IMG/VR virus record: IMGVR_UViG_3300042564_004671 | Strand: one strand, 5' to 3' | Source of the DNA: an uncultured virus (IMG/VR IMGVR_UViG_3300042564_004671) | Taxonomy: Duplodnaviria; Heunggongvirae; Uroviricota; Caudoviricetes | Length of the DNA: 64,000 nucleotides | Part shown: positions 56,093 through 63,623 of the stretch, piece after piece | How positions within the stretch are numbered: the first letter of the stretch is position 1 | Layout of the letters: every line of letters starts with the position of its first letter | Made by a program: the position numbers and the translations under genes | Notes under the pieces: model-generated | Told to the model about the DNA's origin: nothing | The model's input: the letters and a program-made list of their open reading frames with translations, nothing else | Databases searched by the model: none

Positions 56093-58084
56093 TTAACTTT
56101 CATATTGTTTAATCTTATCTTCAAGATATTCAATTGTTTTCTTTTTAATTTCAGGTGATGTTTTTCTACTATGACTTAACCAAGTTAAAGCTGCTTTGAA
56201 TCCACCTTTAACACCTTTTTCTATCATTATATCAATGAAATCTAATCTACCATACTCTGCTGCCCATTTAACTGGCATGTTTCTACCAGAATCATCTGCT
56301 AATTTAGCACCATACTTAACAAGTAATTGGAATACATCTAAGTATCCTTCTCCAATATCATCAATATTTTTCCAACCACCTCTACAACATCTTCTTATTG
56401 GAAGTGAGTTGTCAAAGTTAGGATTTAATCCTTGTTTCAAACAATATTCAACAGCATTAACATCATTACAAATATTATTAAATACTTCTCCTGTTAATTC
56501 AGAACCATTAGATACCAATAATTTAATCATATCTAAGTCTTGAGCTTTATTAACAATAGCGTCTGCTTTACTTCTTAAGTTTGGAGAACCACCTAATTCT
56601 AAAATAACTTTAGCTTTCTCGTGATTGTTTTCTTCAACAGCATGTAAGAGAGCTACACAATTATCTTTATTGATATTAGCGCCATCTTCTTTAACATATT
56701 GTTTAATCTTTTCAATTGAAAGTCCTTTCTTAACTATTTCTCTTTCAGCAAGTTTTGCTCTTTCTCTTCTAGTGATTTCTTCTTGAGTCATTGGTTTAAG
56801 CTGAGCAAAAAGATCTTCCTTAATATCATATTCACCTTCCCATTTTTTAAGAAGATTTTTAATTGAACTAAGAATATTAGCGTCGTCTTTAGCATGAGCC
56901 GCTCTTACTGATTGACCTGGTTGAATAGTAATACCAATAGTAGATAAGTTATCATATTGAGGAATATTAAAGTTATAAATATAATATTGTTTGTTATTAT
57001 GGTTACCAACATAGTTTTCCCACTGAGAAGAATAATCTTTAATACAATGTCGTGTATGACCATTTAACATCTGATTAGCTTGAAAAGACTTAACTTCAAT
57101 AATTAAGATACCATTATCTTCAAATACGGTATCAGAACCTAAGTAACCATACTTCTCATTACAAGCATTAATCTTATCATAAAAAGCAATAATTGAATCA
57201 TTTTCTGATGATTTCAAGTAGTTCTGAGCCGCTTTGATAAACTCTCTAATATTTTTATATCTGAAAAGAGGTCCGAAATATCTTTTATCACCTTTCTTAT
57301 AAGCTTTACCATGAATAACTTGGTCAGCATCAATTATTCTAACCTCACCAAAGAATGATTTCCATAGTCTTTCTTTTTTAACTTCATCTTTACCACCTAA
57401 TTGATCAAATCCTCTACAAACTTCAGCAAATTGGTCTTTAATAACTTCTGGTGAATCCATATAATCTTTTTTCAACACCGGAGTTAATTTATCAATTACT
57501 TTTTTAATTTTTTTATAATCCTCTAAACTATCTAATCCATCAATAAGTGCCTCTGCATTATTTGGAATATTTGGATCGATAAAATTAGCATCAAACTTTT
57601 TAGGAAGTCTATCAAGTAATCCAGAATATTCAACAAGTTTAGATAGAATGTTATTAGGTGCTTCAATTTCTTTACCATCAACTTCAATTTTCTCTACTCT
57701 TGTAAATAACTCTTCCATTGAAACCATCTCAACAAAAAAGAAATAAGTAAATGGATAAGTCCACCCTATGTGTTTTTGACCTAAATACTCTCTAATCTTT
57801 AAGAAGTCTGGATTTCTCTCAATATTTCTTACTTCTTCATCTTTTAGTCTAAGTTCTCTTAACTTTAATTTGATCTCACTTTGTTGTTCTGGAGTAAAGT
57901 CACCTAAAGTCAAACATCTTTTTTCTTTATGATCCAACTGAGCTTTTAACTCACCTTCAACAAATCCAAGGTTAGTAGCAGCAGTAGTTAACAAATAAGT
58001 ATCTTTCAAGAATTTTTTAGCCTTATCAAGATTTTCGTTTAATGGTTTCTCACCTAAAAATTGATTATATTTAAATAGTTTCAT
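56093..58084 (-). CDS. ankyrin-repeat protein with capsid-targeting-like leader
   Basis: MKLFKYNQFLGEKPLNE; GANIN..ALLHAVE, LLVSNGS, WAAEYGRLD. Confidence 0.75.
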   Translation of the reverse strand: MKLFKYNQFLGEKPLNENLDKAKKFLKDTYLLTTAATNLGFVEGELKAQLDHKEKRCLTLGDFTPEQQSEIKLKLRELRLKDEEVRNIERNPDFLKIREYLGQKHIGWTYPFTYFFFVEMVSMEELFTRVEKIEVDGKEIEAPNNILSKLVEYSGLLDRLPKKFDANFIDPNIPNNAEALIDGLDSLEDYKKIKKVIDKLTPVLKKDYMDSPEVIKDQFAEVCRGFDQLGGKDEVKKERLWKSFFGEVRIIDADQVIHGKAYKKGDKRYFGPLFRYKNIREFIKAAQNYLKSSENDSIIAFYDKINACNEKYGYLGSDTVFEDNGILIIEVKSFQANQMLNGHTRHCIKDYSSQWENYVGNHNNKQYYIYNFNIPQYDNLSTIGITIQPGQSVRAAHAKDDANILSSIKNLLKKWEGEYDIKEDLFAQLKPMTQEEITRRERAKLAEREIVKKGLSIEKIKQYVKEDGANINKDNCVALLHAVEENNHEKAKVILELGGSPNLRSKADAIVNKAQDLDMIKLLVSNGSELTGEVFNNICNDVNAVEYCLKQGLNPNFDNSLPIRRCCRGGWKNIDDIGEGYLDVFQLLVKYGAKLADDSGRNMPVKWAAEYGRLDFIDIMIEKGVKGGFKAALTWLSHSRKTSPEIKKKTIEYLEDKIKQYES

Positions 58085-58092
58085 TTTAGTTA

Positions 58093-59850
58093 TTATTTTA
58101 TTCTTGTATGAAAGCTATGGCCCTCATTAATTCTTTCTAATTCTTTTAGATAAATTTCTTTACCTTCTTTCATATATTGAGCTAACATTTGAACTTTTTT
58201 ATAGTCACCCTCATCTAAAGCAGCATCAATTAACTCTTGTAATTCTCTTGGAGTTAAATCAGCATAATCTACTTCACCTTCAGTTTCTTCAGATCCACCA
58301 TATAAACTTTGTTTAACTAATTTATCAATGTCAGATTCTTCTTCTTCTTTACCTGGCTCCATAGTACCATCTTCTTCCTCTTCTTGACGATATTTTTCTT
58401 CTTCCTGACGATATTTTTCTTCTTCTTGTCTTTCCTTTTCTTCTTGTTCCCATTCAGCAATTTCTCTATTATAGTCTTCGATATCTTCAACGATATAGTC
58501 AACTATCTTTTTGATTTCTGTTTTAGCTAAAGATGAATTGAATTTTTGTTCATTAATAACAAATTCAATTTTACCACCTCTTTCAACACTATCAAATACA
58601 GAGAACATACTTTTCATAATATCTAAGAATTGTTTATCAGTTCTAGCAATATCTGCTTTCTTTTTCAAAAATTGTTTATGTTCTTCAGGAGCATTTTTAA
58701 CTTCTTCTTGAGCTCTTTCTTTATCAACAGCTAACATTGTAAATACTCTTGTTTCTAATCTTTTATAATCATTAGATTCAGAAAATTTATTAACAAAAGT
58801 TAATAACATTTGTAAAGCTGGTGGTCCATATCTAAAGTCTTGAGCTTCATCCATAAAAGATGAAGTAGCTTTTTTAACTATTTCTGCAGTTTTCTTATCT
58901 TTCTTGATAGCACCAGATTGTAAGAAAAGGAATATACCTTTAATTGTCTCGTGAATCAACATTGGAAAATCAACACCAGCAGATTTAATAACTATTTTAG
59001 TAGCTTCTTTTTCTAAAAGAAGATTCATATTATAAAAGTTACCTGACAAACTTTCCCATTTAACTTGAACAGCTCCAGCCATACCACCTGGTTGATTTCT
59101 CATCATACTAGCTTTTCTATCAATTGGAATAACCCAGTCCATTTTATCAGCGATATCTGACATTTGAACCCATAAGTTTAATATTGTTCTATAACCATCA
59201 CCGAAAATTTGTTGTAAACCTTCATCAACAATATCAGAAGCTCTAATAATATCTTTTGTAGATTTACCAGCGGCTTGAGTAATCATATTAAGAATCTTTT
59301 TCTTTTCAACCGCATCAACTAAATCAGTTCCAGGAACTTCTTCTTGTTCTTCATCTGATCCAGACTCTTGATTTTCATCTTGGTCCTCATCTTGGTCCTC
59401 TTGGTCTCTCTCATCTTGCTCTTCTTGGTCTTGTTCAGTAGGCTGTTTAGCTTGTTGAGGAACTTCATTAATATCTCCAATTTCTCTATTAACAGAACCC
59501 ATCGGTACTAATTTAATATCTAATTCAATTGGCTTAATAGATGAATCTAAAATTTCACCGAATTGATCTCTTACTACTTTCTCAGCTAACTTTTCTAATT
59601 TAGCAATTCTTTCTTGTACTTCTTGTTGTGATAATCTTTGTCCATTAGGACCTGTTGATAAAATTTGTTGAGATTGTCTCATAGCACCTTCAAAAGATGG
59701 CCAAAGATTTCTCATTTGAGACTCATCATCAGGTCTGATACCTAAATTTCTTGCAGCTTCTTCATCAGATTTACGCATGAAATCAGTAGGGACTCCCTTA
59801 TTTCCTCTCAAATCAACTTCTTCTTTTATAAATTTTTCAAAATTTTTCAT
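58093..59850 (-). CDS. acidic protein with leader and C-terminal IDEAL/UVR-like helix pair
   Basis: MKNFEKFIKEE; LIHETIKG; EEEKYRQ repeats; LIDAALDEGDY. Confidence 0.65.
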   Translation of the reverse strand: MKNFEKFIKEEVDLRGNKGVPTDFMRKSDEEAARNLGIRPDDESQMRNLWPSFEGAMRQSQQILSTGPNGQRLSQQEVQERIAKLEKLAEKVVRDQFGEILDSSIKPIELDIKLVPMGSVNREIGDINEVPQQAKQPTEQDQEEQDERDQEDQDEDQDENQESGSDEEQEEVPGTDLVDAVEKKKILNMITQAAGKSTKDIIRASDIVDEGLQQIFGDGYRTILNLWVQMSDIADKMDWVIPIDRKASMMRNQPGGMAGAVQVKWESLSGNFYNMNLLLEKEATKIVIKSAGVDFPMLIHETIKGIFLFLQSGAIKKDKKTAEIVKKATSSFMDEAQDFRYGPPALQMLLTFVNKFSESNDYKRLETRVFTMLAVDKERAQEEVKNAPEEHKQFLKKKADIARTDKQFLDIMKSMFSVFDSVERGGKIEFVINEQKFNSSLAKTEIKKIVDYIVEDIEDYNREIAEWEQEEKERQEEEKYRQEEEKYRQEEEEDGTMEPGKEEEESDIDKLVKQSLYGGSEETEGEVDYADLTPRELQELIDAALDEGDYKKVQMLAQYMKEGKEIYLKELERINEGHSFHTRIK

Positions 59851-59858
59851 AGTTAAAA

Positions 59859-60131
59859 TTATTTTTGTTCGAAATAGGAGTCTATTTCTTTTTTATCTTC
59901 TTTTGAAGCATCTGAATAAACAGAACTAAGTCTATCAATTACTTTTTCAGCTGACGCTAAAGGAGCATCTTGTTCAGATGGAACTTCAGTTGGTGTTATA
60001 CCTGGTCTACTTGGTCTCGGTCTCGTTGGAGTAGGAGTTGTAGTCGGTGCTGGAGTTGTAGTCGGTGCTGGATTTGCACCCATTACCAATTCCTCACTAA
60101 CAAAACTCTCAAACTTTTTGATAATTCTCAT
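59859..60131 (-). CDS. small protein with leader and P/T repeats
   Basis: MRIIKKFESFVSEE; PAPTTT x2; TAATATATA at 60158-60166 (-). Confidence 0.6.
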   Translation of the reverse strand: MRIIKKFESFVSEELVMGANPAPTTTPAPTTTPTPTRPRPSRPGITPTEVPSEQDAPLASAEKVIDRLSSVYSDASKEDKKEIDSYFEQK

Positions 60132-60183
60132 ATATAAGTTTATAATTTTTACATTATTATATATTAATTTCTAATCTTCAAAA

Positions 60184-60669
60184 ATGACATTAAAACCAAT
60201 AAAAAGTTATTATGATTACAAACAAGCTAAAAAATACCTAGAGTCTGTATCTTATAATGAATTAACGAAAGAAGAATCTAATGATATTGAAATTCTATCT
60301 ATTCTAATAGAGGACTTTGAAAGAAGAGGTAAACCAAACTTAGAAGATGTAGTTATTGAGCCAATAATTGATTATGTTTACGATTTAGTTGAAAACGCAT
60401 CTAAATATGAGAAAAACGGATTAATAGAAAAGGGTCTAAAACTAGGAGAAGAATATGGTGAGTTATCAGCCGAGATTTTAAAATTAAAAGGATATAAAAA
60501 AACAACCGAAGATGAAGGTAGAATAAACTATAATATTCTATTGGAATCAACCGATTGTTTAATAATGGTATTTGATATTATGTCATCTATGGGATTCACT
60601 AAAAAACAAATATGTGATATGTCAGAAAAACAAGTTAATAAGTGGTTAAAAAATATAGAAATTAAGTAG
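60184..60669 (+). CDS. HigA-N-terminal-like helix fused to MazG-like NTP pyrophosphatase
   Basis: LKPIKSYYDY...EILSILIEDFE; KLGEEYGEL...ESTDCL. Confidence 0.6.
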   Translation: MTLKPIKSYYDYKQAKKYLESVSYNELTKEESNDIEILSILIEDFERRGKPNLEDVVIEPIIDYVYDLVENASKYEKNGLIEKGLKLGEEYGELSAEILKLKGYKKTTEDEGRINYNILLESTDCLIMVFDIMSSMGFTKKQICDMSEKQVNKWLKNIEIK

Positions 60670-60670
60670 T

Positions 60671-61102
60671 ATGAAAAAAGCGTATGTTATTTTAAAAAAA
60701 GGATTTGAGTATGATGATAACATCTACAATGAATCAGATGGTGGTACACCAAATCTAATTGTATTTTCTAAAGAAGATGCTCAATTAAAAGTAAATGAAT
60801 TAAATATTCAAGAATTAAAAAATTGTTCAATATCAGAATACTCATATGATATGGAAGATATTCTTAATGTAGAAATTGATGAATATGATAAATTCAACGA
60901 ATCTCTAAATACCAAGTATGGTAAACCAGAATCTAAAAATAGATGGGATTCATTTGAGAATAAACTACATCCAATGGCTAATGAAGAAGAAGCTAATCAA
61001 TATGTTAAAATGGTTTCTATTAGTTTTTACGAGGCTGTTGAAACGGATATTGATGTTCAATCTCTTAGAGAAAAACAAGTTTCTAGTATTTTAGACAAGT
61101 AA
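60671..61102 (+). CDS. hypothetical protein with tag-like C-terminus
   Basis: ends LREKQVSSILDK. Confidence 0.55.
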   Translation: MKKAYVILKKGFEYDDNIYNESDGGTPNLIVFSKEDAQLKVNELNIQELKNCSISEYSYDMEDILNVEIDEYDKFNESLNTKYGKPESKNRWDSFENKLHPMANEEEANQYVKMVSISFYEAVETDIDVQSLREKQVSSILDK

Positions 61103-61121
61103 ATCAAAATAATTATAAATT

Positions 61122-61155
61122 ATCCTCATAGTTTTAATATATAGACTATGAGGAT
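61122..61155 (+). promoter_or_regulatory. 11-bp hairpin with TAATATATA in its loop
   Basis: atcctcatagt / actatgaggat flank tttaatatatag. Confidence 0.55.
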
Positions 61156-61194
61156 TATTTATTTTAAATAGTTTATAAAAATACCTAATGGAAA

Positions 61195-61581
61195 ATGAAA
61201 AAATTTACTAAAATATTAGAAGAGGTAGAAAGTGAAAGATTCTACAAAGTAACAGCACAAGTTGAATTAATTATACCTGCTGAGAATGAAGGAGAAGCTG
61301 GATATATGTCAGACTCTATATTAGCATCTATTGAATACGGTTCTAACTATACAATTGATTTAATCGATGAGACAGATGAAAGAGTAGTAACAGAATCAAA
61401 GTCGGAGATAAAATCAGAAGTAAAAGGTAATGATTATCAAATGGTTTCTGGTATTATAGATATCCTCAATAAAGTAAAAGATAAAGAAAATAGAATGGAA
61501 ATAGCAAAAGATATGATTTCTCAATTTAAAAGAGAAGATATAAAATTTGATTATGATAAGTTTTTAGATTCAATAAAATAA
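61195..61581 (+). CDS. hypothetical protein with leader-like N-terminus
   Basis: MKKFTKILEE. Confidence 0.55.
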   Translation: MKKFTKILEEVESERFYKVTAQVELIIPAENEGEAGYMSDSILASIEYGSNYTIDLIDETDERVVTESKSEIKSEVKGNDYQMVSGIIDILNKVKDKENRMEIAKDMISQFKREDIKFDYDKFLDSIK

Positions 61582-61610
61582 TATATACTACATAAAAATA
61601 AAATATTAAA

Positions 61611-62177
61611 ATGAAAAGATTTTCAGATATTAAAAAAGTAAAAGTTAAAAAAATCAACGAAGCCGAAGGTGAATCAAATTTACCTTCAAACTACGAAGAT
61701 ATGTCAAAAGAAGAACTTTTAGCTCTTATGTCAGGTAAAAAAGAACAACCTGAACCAGAAAAGAAAGAAGAAGAAAAGAAAGAAGTATCTAACGAAGGTG
61801 GTGATGTTTCTAAATTCATCTCTAAATTGTTAGAAAGTAGAGAGATGGCTCAAGTTTATCACTGGACGGTTAAAGGTGATATGGGTTCACACGCAGCTCA
61901 CTTAGCATTAGAAGCTTACTACAGTGGTGTTATTGAATTTATTGATGATATCGTTGAGGTTTATCAAGGTCAATATGGTTTAATTGAAGGATATGATCAA
62001 ATTGCTACAGATGAAACAAGATCTAAAGATAAATTGGATTACTTCAAAGAAGTTGTTGAATTTGTTAAATCAGAAAGAAGTTGCATTAAAGTAGAAGATA
62101 CACACTTACATACTATAATAGATGAGGTTGTAGTTCTTATTTACAAAACAATCTACAAATTAACTTACAATAAATAA
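61611..62177 (+). CDS. ferritin/Dps-like four-helix protein with leader
   Basis: QVYHW...HAAHLALEAYY...DDIVEVYQGQYG...IIDE; TAATATATA at 61579-61587. Confidence 0.65.
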   Translation: MKRFSDIKKVKVKKINEAEGESNLPSNYEDMSKEELLALMSGKKEQPEPEKKEEEKKEVSNEGGDVSKFISKLLESREMAQVYHWTVKGDMGSHAAHLALEAYYSGVIEFIDDIVEVYQGQYGLIEGYDQIATDETRSKDKLDYFKEVVEFVKSERSCIKVEDTHLHTIIDEVVVLIYKTIYKLTYNK

Positions 62178-62178
62178 A

Positions 62179-62727
62179 ATGAAACACATTAAAAAACATC
62201 CTATTAATGATAAAGCTCAGAAGCTTTCAAAGGATATAAAAAAACAAGATCATAGTAAACCAGCATCAAAAAAGAAATTAGACGCTGATAAATCTTTAAG
62301 TGATCCTGAGGTTTCAATGAAGGTAACTAAACCATCAAATAAAAAATTAAATGGTGAAAAGTTTTTATCTAACCCTACAATCAATACTAAAAAGCCTAAT
62401 AAACCTTCTAATAAAAATTTAGATGGTGAGAAGTTCTTAGCAGAAGGACTTAATCATTTAAAAAGATTCAATGAAGAATTCGATTCAAGTGGATATCAAT
62501 CACACTGGACTAAATTTGCTCAATGGTTATGGGAAAAAGACTTTGAATTATATGGTGGTGGAGAAGACCTTCACAATAAATTTATGGAAGTATCTAATGA
62601 TGATAACTTATCATCAGAAGATAAAGCTAGTCAAATTACAAATTATTTAGATGAAAAATGGGGAGTCTATGATGGATATATGTCAGTATATAATTATTTA
62701 GAATCTTTATTCATGGATGAAATTTAA
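62179..62727 (+). CDS. basic repeat domain + internal leader + acidic domain
   Basis: KPSNKKLNGEKFL-type repeat x3; internal LNHLKRFNEE. Confidence 0.6.
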   Translation: MKHIKKHPINDKAQKLSKDIKKQDHSKPASKKKLDADKSLSDPEVSMKVTKPSNKKLNGEKFLSNPTINTKKPNKPSNKNLDGEKFLAEGLNHLKRFNEEFDSSGYQSHWTKFAQWLWEKDFELYGGGEDLHNKFMEVSNDDNLSSEDKASQITNYLDEKWGVYDGYMSVYNYLESLFMDEI

Positions 62728-62729
62728 CT

Positions 62730-62758
62730 AAAATCCCACTTAATAAGTGGGATTTTTT
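62730..62758. terminator. bidirectional intrinsic terminator
   Basis: aaaatcccactta-a-taagtgggatttt. Confidence 0.75.
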
Positions 62759-62997
62759 ATTTCTATAGTTCCGTAAAAGTTATTATTTATAATCTTTTTA
62801 GAGTATCTACTCATAATTGATTTACTTGGTGAGAATTCATCTTTAACATCTAAACCTAAACCAAATATCTTATTAATCTTTCTTTTTCTACTTACATTCT
62901 TAGAAGTATATCCAGATATAACAGAAGTGGTTGTCAATGGAATATAAGGAGCAAAAACATAACCTTGTTCTAAATTACTTTTCTTTCCTATTATCAT
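62740..62997 (-). CDS. major-capsid (gp23) C-terminal fragment with inserted RxxKI tag
   Basis: QGYVFAPYIPL..[RKRKINKIFG]..FSPSKSIMSRYSKKIINNNFYG. Confidence 0.7.
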   Translation of the reverse strand: MIIGKKSNLEQGYVFAPYIPLTTTSVISGYTSKNVSRKRKINKIFGLGLDVKDEFSPSKSIMSRYSKKIINNNFYGTIEIKNPTY

Positions 62998-63133
62998 TGA
63001 ATATTTTTTTAATTTTTTCTTTTCTTTTATCTTTTCTAAGAAAAGAACTTAAAAAGTTCATAGAAGAATAGTCATGTAATCTACTTCCAGGTCCACCTAG
63101 TACAACATTCCACTCATCTCTCGCTTTTATCAT
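62975..63133 (-). CDS. unlisted 52-aa ORF with RxxKI tag
   Basis: MIKARDEWNVVLGGPGSRLHDY...RKEKIKKIFND. Confidence 0.55.
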   Translation of the reverse strand: MIKARDEWNVVLGGPGSRLHDYSSMNFLSSFLRKDKRKEKIKKIFNDNRKEK

Positions 63134-63248
63134 ATAATCTTTTGATTTTATTTTTTCTCTTTTCAGATCTTTCTTTTTTAGACCATCTGAAAATTGAATC
63201 TGTTATAGACTCTTGAAACTCTTTTGATTGATTTTCCCAAATTGACAT
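63114..63248 (-). CDS. unlisted 44-aa ORF with RxxKI tag
   Basis: MSIWENQSKEF...KRKNKIKRLYD. Confidence 0.55.
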   Translation of the reverse strand: MSIWENQSKEFQESITDSIFRWSKKERSEKRKNKIKRLYDKSER

Positions 63249-63270
63249 AAATATTATACAATAAAATTAA

Positions 63271-63588
63271 CTACTTGTTTTCTGTGTACATATACTTTCT
63301 ACCAGTATCATTATAATCCATTAGATTATTAACAACGGTATCAATCTTATCTTTAGAATCATCAACATCTTTTTTGATAACTTGAAGCGCAGCAATTGAA
63401 TCATCTATCTGATCATTTCCTTTTTTAGAATCACTTTTGAAATTATTTAATTCATTTAGTAATGATTCTACTGATTTTGATTTATCATCCATGATAGAAG
63501 CAAAGTCTTTTAACTCCTCAATAATTTCTGCTACTCTTTCTGATGAAATATCTACTTGTTCATCTTCATTGAATCTTCTAATTTTCAT
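63271..63588 (-). CDS. coiled-coil protein with leader
   Basis: MKIRRFNE; heptad pattern. Confidence 0.6.
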   Translation of the reverse strand: MKIRRFNEDEQVDISSERVAEIIEELKDFASIMDDKSKSVESLLNELNNFKSDSKKGNDQIDDSIAALQVIKKDVDDSKDKIDTVVNNLMDYNDTGRKYMYTENK

Positions 63589-63606
63589 ATTAATAGTTTA
63601 ATATTT

Positions 63607-63620
63607 TAATATATATATTA
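63607..63620. promoter_or_regulatory. palindromic bidirectional late promoter
   Basis: TAATATATATATTA between divergent genes. Confidence 0.55.
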
Positions 63621-63623
63621 ATT

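Noticed and set aside
58340..60070. Short tandem DNA repeats (EEEKYRQ, DQDE, PAPTTT codons)
   Set aside because: In-frame low-complexity coding repeats, not regulatory arrays.
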